DNA of 64,000 bases from the NCBI GenBank assembly GCA_038227875.1, contig JBBRPR010000013.1, positions 1-64,000 on the forward strand, read 5' to 3'. The translations under genes and the position numbers were made by a program. Of this stretch, positions 19,738 to 28,848 are shown in pieces. The notes under the pieces were generated by a model. That model was not told the origin of the DNA. It saw nothing but the letters and a program-made list of their open reading frames with translations, and made no database searches. Every line of letters starts with the position of its first letter. Positions within the stretch are counted from its first letter, which is position 1. The stretch comes from Planctomycetota bacterium (lineage in GTDB: Bacteria; Planctomycetota; SZUA-567; H5-PLA8).

Positions 19738-19983
19738 GAGTGGCGGAACGGCGGACTATCGCAATACTTCGGCAATCACGGCATCGCTCAATGGAAAGCG
19801 TTATCAAAAGTCGCTGCGCCTAAATTGAAGTCCTTCCCCGCGTTTGCTAAGGCAGTCAACCAAGCTATTGGAAGATCGAAGGATCCGTATGAGGCCACCC
19901 TAAATTCGTCGCAGGCGCTCGACTCCCTCTATTTTAAAACTCAAACTCGGCTCGTGAGAGAATTAAAGAAGGCGATAAGTTAA
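19738..19983 (+). pseudogene. C-terminal fragment of a DMP19/DUF4375-like protein
   Basis: EWRNGGLSQYFGN resembles the DMP19 NGGxxQYFxN motif. Different frame from the sigma fragment, with no start of its own. Confidence 0.5.
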
Positions 19984-20380
19984 CCCCGTCCTTCGCCGGT
20001 TGCATTGGGGAATTTGCGACGTCTGCAGCGAGCTCTGCGAACAAGCGTCGTCGAACCTGGTGATACGTCTCGCCGCGAAAGCCTTCCTGTATTCGAATCA
20101 GTCCGGTCGGCACGTGCCTTGACGCTGACGAATGTGCCGCGATCACATCGTCCGACACATAACTCGATTTCATCATTTGAAAACGGATAGACGACGCGCT
20201 GCCGGTTTCAAACGTTCCAGTCACTGCCGCCGGGTTTTGGTCATACGCACACCTCCCTTTCAGGCACTTTACCCCTTATTAGCATCCATCATTAGCATCC
20301 ATCGCAAATTTCGCCCGGTTTAGCCTCACGTCCGTTCCGTCTTTTCGTGCGTTCCGAAGGTGCCATTTTGAGTGCAAAAA

Positions 20381-20416
20381 GTTGATTAATTAACATTTGA
20401 CTGTTGATTAAATAAG
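20381..20416. promoter_or_regulatory. Putative operator pair upstream of the GntR gene
   Basis: Near-palindrome GTTGATTAATTAAC at 20381 and a related copy GTTGATTAAATAAG at 20403, 22-bp period. Confidence 0.5.
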
Positions 20417-20432
20417 CATAAAAACGACCTCA

Positions 20433-21659
20433 ATGAAAAACAACAACCCCTCCGATCACGGCGTGCGCAAATACCCGAAGGTTCGGGACTCCATTCAGAA
20501 GCTGATTGAGTCCGGGCAGTACCCGCCGGGCGGGCGGTTGCCGACGGAGAGCGCGCTGGCCCGGAAGCTGAAGGTCAATCGCATGACCGTCAGCCGCGCG
20601 TTCAATGACCTCTCGCAGCTCGGGCTGGTCGTGCAGCGGCGTGGCAGCGGAACGTTCGTGGCCGACAACACCTGTCCGCCGTTGATTCGGGGCCGGCATC
20701 TGCGCATTGGGCTTTTGTGGTTTACTTCCGTGGTTGAAGGCGACGCGGAAGCCGCGTTTCTGTGGCAGATCGCACGCGGTGTGCTGAATGAATTTCATCT
20801 CGAAAACGCCCTGCCGGCGTTAACGGCGAAGAGCGAGAAGGATGTGACACGCGCGATCTGGACGCGACCGGAACTGGGCGTGACGGTGGAGTGCGTCGGC
20901 GAGGCGTGGGCCAGCAAAGAGCGTCATCCGCCCTTGCGCGAGATTCGTACCGGCGGTTTTGACGGCCTGATGACGCTGGGCATCGTCGAGCAGGATTGGC
21001 TGAGCGAGGTGCTGGGGCTGGGGACTCCGACGGTCATTGTCGACTACCCCAACGATGTGTTTCTAAAGAGCGCCGATCATGTCTTCGTCGATCCGATGCC
21101 GGCATATCGCGCGGCGGTCCGGCACTATGTCCAATCCGGGTTCAAGCGCATTCACTTCGTCGGTTCGTTGCGCTGGAATCCCGCGTCCAACGACAACGTG
21201 GACTTTGCCGAATGGCTCAAGACGCGCACGACCCAGGGCCTCGATCCCGACAGTTTCCTGCGGCTGTGCGCGTACAAGCAGGAAATGGAGTCCATGAAGT
21301 TGCCCGTACCGGATCAATGGATTCATACCACCACATACAACGCCAAAGACATTGCGCAGCTGGTTGACTCGCTGGCCCGCTTGCCCGACGACCAGCGCCC
21401 CGAGGCGGTTGTTTGCCATTCGGTGGGCCTGGCCGAGAGCATCATTGCTGGGTTTGCGGCGCGGGGGCTGCGCGTGGAAGGCGCAGGAGCGACGTTTATG
21501 CCGTATGCCGGCGCGGCACTTCCCGTGCGCGCGGACGCCACGATGCTTGGCGCGTCGGCTGCGGCGCTGCTGCTGTCGCGCTTGCAGCGCGTTAACCGGC
21601 CCACGCTGAACGTCGGCGTACCGATGGAATTTGCCGCACCCGCAGTCCTCTCAAAATAA
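20433..21659 (+). CDS. GntR-family regulator with a LacI/periplasmic-binding-like effector domain
   Basis: GRLPTESALARKLKVNRMTVSRA...GLVVQRRGSGTFV. C-terminal GFKRIHFVG and PEAVVC. Confidence 0.9.
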   Translation: MKNNNPSDHGVRKYPKVRDSIQKLIESGQYPPGGRLPTESALARKLKVNRMTVSRAFNDLSQLGLVVQRRGSGTFVADNTCPPLIRGRHLRIGLLWFTSVVEGDAEAAFLWQIARGVLNEFHLENALPALTAKSEKDVTRAIWTRPELGVTVECVGEAWASKERHPPLREIRTGGFDGLMTLGIVEQDWLSEVLGLGTPTVIVDYPNDVFLKSADHVFVDPMPAYRAAVRHYVQSGFKRIHFVGSLRWNPASNDNVDFAEWLKTRTTQGLDPDSFLRLCAYKQEMESMKLPVPDQWIHTTTYNAKDIAQLVDSLARLPDDQRPEAVVCHSVGLAESIIAGFAARGLRVEGAGATFMPYAGAALPVRADATMLGASAAALLLSRLQRVNRPTLNVGVPMEFAAPAVLSK

Positions 21660-21692
21660 TTCTGCCGTCGTGAAAGTCACAGGAGATTGACC

Positions 21693-24686
21693 ATGAAAGT
21701 GACGGGACTACCGATCGTGGCGGTGCTTATCCTGATCGCGGGCCACGTCGCACGTGCCAGCGACCTGGACGAACTGAAAATCAAACGGAAGGAAGTTTTT
21801 GCTTTTACGCAGGAGCCCCGGGTCGTGCGGCAGGGTCGCGACTTTGAGATCGAGTTTGCCGTTCAGGATTACTGCGATGCCACCGTTGTGGTCGAAGGTC
21901 CGGACAAGAAAATCATCCGCCATCTGGCGGCCGGAGTACTGGGCCAGAATGCGCCGGAGCCCTTCCAGCGGGGCACGCTGAAGCAGTCGCTGCTTTGGGA
22001 TGGCAAGAACGATCGCCAGGAATACGTCGAGCACGTCGACGACTGCGCAATTCGCGTGTCACTGGGACTGAAGGCGGAATTCGAGCGCACACTTTTCTGG
22101 GAACCCAAAAAGCGTATTGGAGCCGGACTGGGTTCAGGCATTGGGACCTCGTTCAACACGCCTGCGCAATTGCTGGCCGCGGCGCCGGAGGGTGTTTACG
22201 TTTTCGAAGGACACGGCGTGGACCAGCTGAAACTTTTTGGCCACGACGGAAAATACCTGCGCACAATCTATCCATTTCCCTCCGACAAATTGAGCGCGGT
22301 GCAAGGCCTGAACATGGTCGATTTTCCGCAGGACGACAAGAAGCTGCCGTACAAGTGGGGCTGTCAACGTTCGACACTTTTAAGCTCCGGGTCCACGGCT
22401 CAGTATGGCGTCTACATCCAGGCTCAATGGGGCACGGGGTCGGAACTGCTGGCCGTCCGCGGCTCGCGTCTCGCGCTGGGTCTTACCAAATTGAATCGGC
22501 TATCGACGGACGGTTCTTCAGGCGGATTGAATCTGACCGGTCCAAAAATCAGTTACCTGGCGAACATGCTCAACTCGAATCGTCCGAAGAACGATGTGCT
22601 TGATGTGGGCCCGCTGGTGGGCGCATTCAGCCCCGATGGAAAATACCTCTACCTGACCGGATACATCTGGCGCGATGGCGTCCCCGGCCGGTCGCTCTGC
22701 AGGGATGCGTTCAATTGCGTGACGAAACTGGAATACGACAAGGACACGATCCCGCAACTTTTCCTGGGCAGCGACAAGCAGGACGAAACGGGCTCGGGCG
22801 ATAAGCAATTGAAAAGCCCGGCGTCGGTCGCGTGCGACAAGCAGGGGCGAGTTTACGTCGCCGATTATGGAAATAATCGAATTCAGGTCGCCAGCCCGGA
22901 CGGCCAGATACTGAAAAGCATTCCCGTTTCTCATCCCGTAAAAGTGTGCGTCGATCCGGTATCGGATGAAATTCATGTCTTTTCGTGGCTACTGCAAAAC
23001 GACAGCCTGTTGAAAGGCGATGCCAACAGCGCCATCCCGGCGACGTACACGCGACTGGGTACGGTGGACCATCCGGGGAAGACGGCGCAGTGCGCGCTGC
23101 CCTTGCCGGGGTATCAGGATCGCGTGTCGCGAATGGCGAAGTGGGGTGGCCTGGAGTATCGCGTGGAGGTGGACTTCTGGTCGAATCCTCCCACCGTTTG
23201 GATTGCGGCGAACAGCGGCGGCACCATCGAGAGTTTTACCGGCGGAGTGGATAACTCCGTCGGCGCCGAAGCGGCCACGGGCGGCTGGGCCGAGAAGAAC
23301 GTTCGTGTGTACAAACCTGCCGACGGAAAACTGGAGTGCCTGCACGACTTTGGCAGCGATGTGGCCAAGTCGATCGTGCGCTCGCGGCCACCGTTCTTCC
23401 AGCGTCAGCGGCTGTATGTCAGTCCAAAGACGGGGAAGTTGTACGTGGGAGAAGGCGATCCCACGCGCTGGTTCAAGGCGTTTCAGCAGTTGGTCGAAAT
23501 TGATCCAGCGAATGGCCAATGCCGGCTGGTGGATCTCCCGCTCAGCGCGGAGGACATGGCGTTCGACAACGACGGCCTGATGTACTTGCGCACCAACACT
23601 GCCATCGCGCGTTTCGATCCGGAAACCTGGCGCGAAGTACCGTTTGATTACGGCGAGGAATTCAAGGACTTCACCTTTTCGGATCAGAAGAACGGTCCGC
23701 GCATCGACTTGATGAGCGGGCTGCCACTGGGCGCGGAGACGTACGTCTCGCAATGGCACAACGGCGGGCTCAGTGTCTCTCCCAAAGGTTATATCGTGGT
23801 TCCGTCCATTGTGGACAAGGCGGGCTTTCGCACCTGGACGGGCAAAGATGAAAAGAGTGCGAATGCAGCCGCACCGGCTGGCGGCGGATACGAACCGCCG
23901 CTCTATCCCGGGCGCGCCCGCTTTGGAGAAGTTCATGTTTACGACAAGCATGGAAAACGCATCTACCAGGACGCGGTGCCGGGGATCCGGTACATGCTCG
24001 GAATCGCGATGGATAGTCACGACGATATATACGTGCTGACGCATGAAACGCGCATGTACAACGGCGCGCCGTACTTCAATGTGAAAACGGGAACGCTTCT
24101 GAAATTGCCGCCGTGTCTGGGAAAATTCATGACTGACAAACCGGGCGGCGTGAATCCGCCGGTCCCGCTGACCTCGACGAGCACACCCAAGCGACCTCCA
24201 GAGCTGATGAAAGGCGACGAAAAGTTCTGGGTGGACGGCGTGAAGTGGTTGTTTGGAGGCGTCGGTTTTGCCGGCAAGGGCGATCCGGTTTCAGGCGGAG
24301 GATGTTCCTGCTGGAACGCGCGTTTTGCACTCGATTATTTCGGCCGCTCGTTCGTTCCGGAGATCGATCATTACTCCGTCGCCGTGCTCGACAGCGCCGG
24401 AAACCTGATGATGCGCATCGGAAAGTACGGTAATGCCGATGACGGCAAGCCGCTGCAACCCGACGGTGGATCTCCCGTCGCCCATTCCATTGGTGGCGAC
24501 GAGGTGGCGCTGTTCCACGCGGCGTATCTGGCGGTGGATTCGGATAACCGGCTCTTTATCGCCGACGCCGGCAACAGCCGGATTTTGTCGGTGAAATTAG
24601 TCTACAACACGAACAGCCGCACCCGGATCAGCGACATCACGAGCAAGAATCTGGAGGCCCGAGCGCCGTTGCGGACGGAGCACTAA
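21693..24686 (+). CDS. Large secreted protein with a FlgD-Ig-like N-terminus and NHL/beta-propeller repeats
   Basis: Signal peptide, IIRHL...WDGKND, PASVACDKQGRVYVADYGNNRIQV, LFIADAGNSRI. GGAG RBS before ATG 21693. Confidence 0.8.
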   Translation: MKVTGLPIVAVLILIAGHVARASDLDELKIKRKEVFAFTQEPRVVRQGRDFEIEFAVQDYCDATVVVEGPDKKIIRHLAAGVLGQNAPEPFQRGTLKQSLLWDGKNDRQEYVEHVDDCAIRVSLGLKAEFERTLFWEPKKRIGAGLGSGIGTSFNTPAQLLAAAPEGVYVFEGHGVDQLKLFGHDGKYLRTIYPFPSDKLSAVQGLNMVDFPQDDKKLPYKWGCQRSTLLSSGSTAQYGVYIQAQWGTGSELLAVRGSRLALGLTKLNRLSTDGSSGGLNLTGPKISYLANMLNSNRPKNDVLDVGPLVGAFSPDGKYLYLTGYIWRDGVPGRSLCRDAFNCVTKLEYDKDTIPQLFLGSDKQDETGSGDKQLKSPASVACDKQGRVYVADYGNNRIQVASPDGQILKSIPVSHPVKVCVDPVSDEIHVFSWLLQNDSLLKGDANSAIPATYTRLGTVDHPGKTAQCALPLPGYQDRVSRMAKWGGLEYRVEVDFWSNPPTVWIAANSGGTIESFTGGVDNSVGAEAATGGWAEKNVRVYKPADGKLECLHDFGSDVAKSIVRSRPPFFQRQRLYVSPKTGKLYVGEGDPTRWFKAFQQLVEIDPANGQCRLVDLPLSAEDMAFDNDGLMYLRTNTAIARFDPETWREVPFDYGEEFKDFTFSDQKNGPRIDLMSGLPLGAETYVSQWHNGGLSVSPKGYIVVPSIVDKAGFRTWTGKDEKSANAAAPAGGGYEPPLYPGRARFGEVHVYDKHGKRIYQDAVPGIRYMLGIAMDSHDDIYVLTHETRMYNGAPYFNVKTGTLLKLPPCLGKFMTDKPGGVNPPVPLTSTSTPKRPPELMKGDEKFWVDGVKWLFGGVGFAGKGDPVSGGGCSCWNARFALDYFGRSFVPEIDHYSVAVLDSAGNLMMRIGKYGNADDGKPLQPDGGSPVAHSIGGDEVALFHAAYLAVDSDNRLFIADAGNSRILSVKLVYNTNSRTRISDITSKNLEARAPLRTEH

Positions 24687-24689
24687 AGT

Positions 24690-25664
24690 TTACTCCACCT
24701 TTTTTGTGGGCTTGATCATGTGCACGATAAACGGCAGTCCGATCCACACCATCACCGCGGTTGGAAGGGCGCTCCAGCCGGACATGAAGCGACCACGGGT
24801 GATAACGACAAAGACGATGCCGGCCAGAATCGTGCTGACGACCCAGACGGTTGGCGCGGGTTTGCGGGCGGCGAGTTCGGGCGATTCTGCAGGCGAAGGT
24901 TTCGACTGACGCGCGCCGCGCGGACCGGGACGCGCACGTCCCGCGACCGGTTTGCGCTGGGGCTTGCCGGACTTCGCAGCGAGTTTGTCTTCCTCCTCAA
25001 TCAGGCGCATGGCTTCGTCCAGGTCGGACAGGTATTGAGCCCGCTCCTCTTTGGACTCCTGTGTATCAAGGGAACACGGCCGCTGGGGATTCACGAGGAA
25101 GTAATTGTATTCTCCTTCGTTCAGACGTTCGACCAGGGCTCGCTCGCCGCTCTTCTTGAGGAACTCGCATTCCTCTTCAGTGATCAGCACCGGCACGGAA
25201 AAATTGACTTCGCCAGCGGCCGTCTTTAACGGGAAGAATGCGGGATCTTCGATCAACGGCGGCAAGATCAAGGCAAACGGAAAGTTAAAGTAGACCGGGG
25301 GCCGTGTCTTTTCGGTGTGTACAACTTCGCCCGGGCAGAGAACGTTTGAACCGTCACGGATGTAATTCAAGGCGAAGTACAGGAACAGGCAGGGCCATGT
25401 GGATGGCGATTTCCGGTCACTCAGATCGATCGCCCAATCGCCCGGCAGGTAGGTGATGAATTCCTGGCGGCGATAATTTTCAAAGCCCTTCTTTGTCTTC
25501 ACATCGATGTCGCTCAGGCCGATCGTGGCGACGGTGTGAAAGTCGCGTTCGCCGCGAGCGGGAAAGAGCAGGAGTGCTTCCGGCGCGCCGGGTTCATTGT
25601 TCTTCCAGATGACCTTACTGGGTCCCAGATATTTTTCATAATGTGCCAGCACGTCGTCGCGCAT
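24690..25664 (-). CDS. Suppressor-of-fused (SuFu) domain protein with C-terminal TM helices
   Basis: HYEKYLG, TVATIGLSD, VNFSVPVLITEEECEFLKKSG..AL. Two hydrophobic helices at the C-terminus. Confidence 0.75.
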   Translation of the reverse strand: MRDDVLAHYEKYLGPSKVIWKNNEPGAPEALLLFPARGERDFHTVATIGLSDIDVKTKKGFENYRRQEFITYLPGDWAIDLSDRKSPSTWPCLFLYFALNYIRDGSNVLCPGEVVHTEKTRPPVYFNFPFALILPPLIEDPAFFPLKTAAGEVNFSVPVLITEEECEFLKKSGERALVERLNEGEYNYFLVNPQRPCSLDTQESKEERAQYLSDLDEAMRLIEEEDKLAAKSGKPQRKPVAGRARPGPRGARQSKPSPAESPELAARKPAPTVWVVSTILAGIVFVVITRGRFMSGWSALPTAVMVWIGLPFIVHMIKPTKKVE

Positions 25665-25742
25665 AGGGCCCTCTTGAAGTTGTCGAATTTTCGAAGTCGT
25701 GGAAGATATTGGAACAGAGCAATTCTTGCAAAGTACTTGAGA

Positions 25743-27179
25743 CTACCCGCGAATCTGTCCGAACGCTGCCAGCGCCGCTTCGCGGGCTTCCTTGTGATCG
25801 ACGATCGGTTTGGGGTAGGTCTTGCCGAGCGTCACGCCCGCAGTGCGGAGAATCTCGACCGGCGCCTCGGATGGGTTGTGGATGTGGGCGTCCGGGAGCT
25901 TCGACAGTTCGGGGATCCAACGGCGGACGTACGTTCCGGACGCGTCGAACTTTTCGCCCTGCGTCGTCGGATTAAAGATGCGGAAGAACGGGGCGGCGTC
26001 GGCACCACAGCCGGCGGTCCACTGCCAACCGAGCGTGTTGCTGGCCAGATCGGCATCGACCAGCGTGTCCCAGAACCAGCGCGCGCCTTCTTGCCAATCA
26101 AGCAGCAGGTCCTTGATCAGAAACGACGCGACGACCATGCGTACGCGGTTGTGCATCCAACCTGTCGTCCAAAGTTCCCGCATGCCGGCGTCGACGAGCG
26201 GAAAACCGGTCTGGCCGCGCTGCCAGGCTTTCAGGCCTCGCGCATTGCGTTTCCACGGGAAGCCTTTGAAGTCGGCGCGCAACGGTTCGGTGGGCGTCGT
26301 CGGAAAATGGTAGAGCAGGTAATGCGCGAATTCGCGCCAGCCAATTTCGCGCAGGTAGCATTCTTCACCGCCGGAAGCCTGTTCGATATCCCGATGGTGC
26401 TGGCCGCTGAGCGCATGCCAGATCTGGCGCGGGCTGATTTCTCCAAAATGGAGGTACGGCGAGAGCCGCGACGTGCCCGCGACGCCGGGGATGTTCCGCG
26501 CGTCGGCGTAGGCGCCAACTTCCTTTCTGAAGCGTTTGAGCAGCGCCAGCGCGCCGGCGGCACCGGGCGTCCACTCCTTCTCCATCGTCGCGGTCCAGTG
26601 GATCGTGGGTTCGAGTTTGAGTTCGGCCAGCGGCAGAGATTCGAGTTTGCAGGCTGTCGGCGGCGCGGGAATTTTACTCGGCGCGGCCGTGGCTTTCGCG
26701 GGCTCGGGATACGTCAGGCATTTGCGCCAGTATTGCGTGAAAACTTTGTACGGTTTGCCTTCGAGATTCTTGATCGCGAGCGGCTCGAAGAGCAGCGCGC
26801 CGTTGAAGCTGACGGCTTCAATGCCGCGGGTTTTCAGCGCGGATTTCACGGCGGTATCGCGGGCGATCGCGGCGGGTTCGAAGCGGCGGTTCCACGTCAC
26901 AAACGTGGCCTTGGTTTTCGCGCAGAGGTCGGTGAGAACCTCCAGCGCCCTCCCCTTCGCGATGATCAGCGACGAGCCACGCTTCGCCAGATCGTTTGCG
27001 AGAGACTTCAATGACTGATGCAGCCACCAGCGCGAAGCTCCGCCCGCCGGCCACGCGCCTTCTTCTTCAGGACTCCAGATAAAGACCGGCACGACCGCTC
27101 CGCCCCGCGCGAGCGCGGCGTTGAGCGCCGGATTGTCTTCCAAGCGCAGGTCTTGTCGAAACCAGATGATGCTTGTCAC
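25743..27179 (-). CDS. phrB: Deoxyribodipyrimidine photolyase (class I CPD type)
   Basis: WFRQDLRLEDNPAL, TSRLSPYLHFGEISPR, GQTGFPLVDAGMREL, MHNRVRM, RIFNP. Confidence 0.93.
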   Translation of the reverse strand: MTSIIWFRQDLRLEDNPALNAALARGGAVVPVFIWSPEEEGAWPAGGASRWWLHQSLKSLANDLAKRGSSLIIAKGRALEVLTDLCAKTKATFVTWNRRFEPAAIARDTAVKSALKTRGIEAVSFNGALLFEPLAIKNLEGKPYKVFTQYWRKCLTYPEPAKATAAPSKIPAPPTACKLESLPLAELKLEPTIHWTATMEKEWTPGAAGALALLKRFRKEVGAYADARNIPGVAGTSRLSPYLHFGEISPRQIWHALSGQHHRDIEQASGGEECYLREIGWREFAHYLLYHFPTTPTEPLRADFKGFPWKRNARGLKAWQRGQTGFPLVDAGMRELWTTGWMHNRVRMVVASFLIKDLLLDWQEGARWFWDTLVDADLASNTLGWQWTAGCGADAAPFFRIFNPTTQGEKFDASGTYVRRWIPELSKLPDAHIHNPSEAPVEILRTAGVTLGKTYPKPIVDHKEAREAALAAFGQIRG

Positions 27180-27280
27180 GGCGGCCTTCGGCCGAGGGGC
27201 CAGGGGTCAGGGTCAGGGGTCAGAGATTGGCGCGAGCACGGGCATAGCATGTGTTGTTGCGCGGTCTAGGGCAGAAGCTT

Positions 27281-27441
27281 TGTGCCATGGATGTGCGGAT
27301 TTCGGAGCGTAGCGAAGCAATCCGCTCATCCGTGCGTTGCGCTCGCGAACTCGAGCATTCTTGCGCGTCCGGTAGAGCGCGTCCCGGCATGGATGAGCAG
27401 CCGCTTTCGCTACACTCAAGCGTCTGCCCATCCATGGCACA
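27281..27441. repeat. REPIN-like doublet: two ~55-bp self-complementary units in inverted orientation
   Basis: TGTGCCATGGATG...GTAGCGAA...GCTCATCCRTGC at 27281-27335 and its imperfect reverse complement at 27385-27441. Confidence 0.8.
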
Positions 27442-27450
27442 CCCGCGTCG

Positions 27451-27500
27451 AAATACTTAAAGATTATTGTTGATATCTATGAATACTTATGGATACTAAA
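27451..27500 (+). promoter_or_regulatory. 10-bp-phased direct repeats overlapping a putative promoter
   Basis: AAATACTTAA (27451), TGATATCTAT (27471), GAATACTTAT (27481), GGATACTAAA (27491). TTGATA-N16-GATACT places +1 near the ATG. Confidence 0.55.
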
Positions 27501-27504
27501 GGAC

Positions 27505-28641
27505 ATGAACGAGACAATGAGCTTCGATGAGGCCCGGGAGTATCTGAAGACCACGCGGTCGACGTTATACCGCTGGCTTCACGAAGGGACTATTCCGGCG
27601 ACGAAACTGGGGCGGCAGTGGCGCTTCTCGACGCGGGAGCTCGATGCTTTTCGAAATGGTGGTAACGACCGCGCCAGACTCAGCGCTCAATTGAGAGAGC
27701 TGGGCGCATTCCTGAATACACGGGACCCCCGGGCCAAGGAGAAACGTGTGATGGAACAGGCGACTTTGGAATCCCCCGACGAGATTGCGGAAGCGATTGT
27801 GTGGGACGCGTACGAACGGCGCGCCAGCGACGTGCATATGCAAACGCGCAGCGATGGCGTGCATCTGCTGTACCGCGTCGGCGGCAAGTTGGAGGAGATC
27901 CGCGTGCTGGACCGCGGCGTGGCGGAGGCGATTCAGAAGGCGTGGATCGGCCAGAGCACCAGTACCGACGACACCGGCGCGCACCGCTTGTTCCAGAGCC
28001 GCACGCTGGAAAAGCGCGGCGTGAAGGAAAGCGCCAATCTGCAGGTGCTCTACCAGAGCATCGCGACGCTGCAGGGCCCGCGCGTGACGCTGCGGATTCT
28101 GCATTCCGGCTACATTCTGGATCTCGCGCATGTCTGCAACAAGAAGGACGATCGCGAGATCTTCGAGCGCTGGATGAGCGCGCCGAAAGGCCTGGTGCTC
28201 TTTGCGGGCAAGGCCGGCTCGGGAAAGACCACGACGCTGCTGTCGTGCCTGAATCATCTCGCACGCGACAAAGGCAAGGCGGTCTTCAGCATCGAAGACC
28301 CGATCGAAATCCTGCTGGATGGCGTCGACCAGATCCAGGTGAACACCAACGACATCAACGCCGTCGAGCGCGCGTATCTGCAGGTTCAGCGTTCCGATCT
28401 GGATGCGCTGGCGGTAAGCCTGCTCTGCCCGACCGCGGCCAAGGGATCGCTGGGTATCGCGCGCGGCGGACATCTGGTGTTGCAGCAGGTTCACGCCACG
28501 TCCATTGAAGATGCGCTGAAGCGTTACGAAGCGATGGTCGAAGAACCGATCCGTGATGTACTGCTGGGCGTGTGCTACCAGGAACTGGTGCCCAACGACC
28601 GTGGCGGGCGCAAGGCGGTCTATCACTTCATGAATGTATAA
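27505..28641 (+). CDS. Excisionase-type HTH fused to a PilB/GspE-like ATPase domain with degenerate Walker B
   Basis: HTH: EAREYLKTTRSTLYRW..EGTIPATKLGRQWRF. ATPase: ASDVH, GKAGSGKTTTL, SIEDPIE, GHLVL..VHA. Confidence 0.85.
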   Translation: MNETMSFDEAREYLKTTRSTLYRWLHEGTIPATKLGRQWRFSTRELDAFRNGGNDRARLSAQLRELGAFLNTRDPRAKEKRVMEQATLESPDEIAEAIVWDAYERRASDVHMQTRSDGVHLLYRVGGKLEEIRVLDRGVAEAIQKAWIGQSTSTDDTGAHRLFQSRTLEKRGVKESANLQVLYQSIATLQGPRVTLRILHSGYILDLAHVCNKKDDREIFERWMSAPKGLVLFAGKAGSGKTTTLLSCLNHLARDKGKAVFSIEDPIEILLDGVDQIQVNTNDINAVERAYLQVQRSDLDALAVSLLCPTAAKGSLGIARGGHLVLQQVHATSIEDALKRYEAMVEEPIRDVLLGVCYQELVPNDRGGRKAVYHFMNV

Positions 28642-28848
28642 AATAGCTCTGCCGCAGCGAAAGCATGCGCCTCCGTCAACCGCTTCTATTCCCGGCCCGG
28701 GGTCCCAGCGGCCGGAGGCGCATGTCGTTTTTTGAGCACTGAGCACAGACACCAGAATTAAATATAATGTCAGACTTGATTTTTTCGTCTCCTATGATAA
28801 ATCATTCGTAACGAGACAATTTTACGACTTTAGAGGAGTTTAACTTTC

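Noticed and set aside
19934..20323. Short ORFs between the DMP19-like fragment and the GntR gene
   Set aside because: No motifs or RBS support; probably degraded sequence.
27505..28641. Prophage or ICE excisionase
   Set aside because: The HTH is fused to an ATPase, and there is no integrase, phage or conjugation gene nearby.
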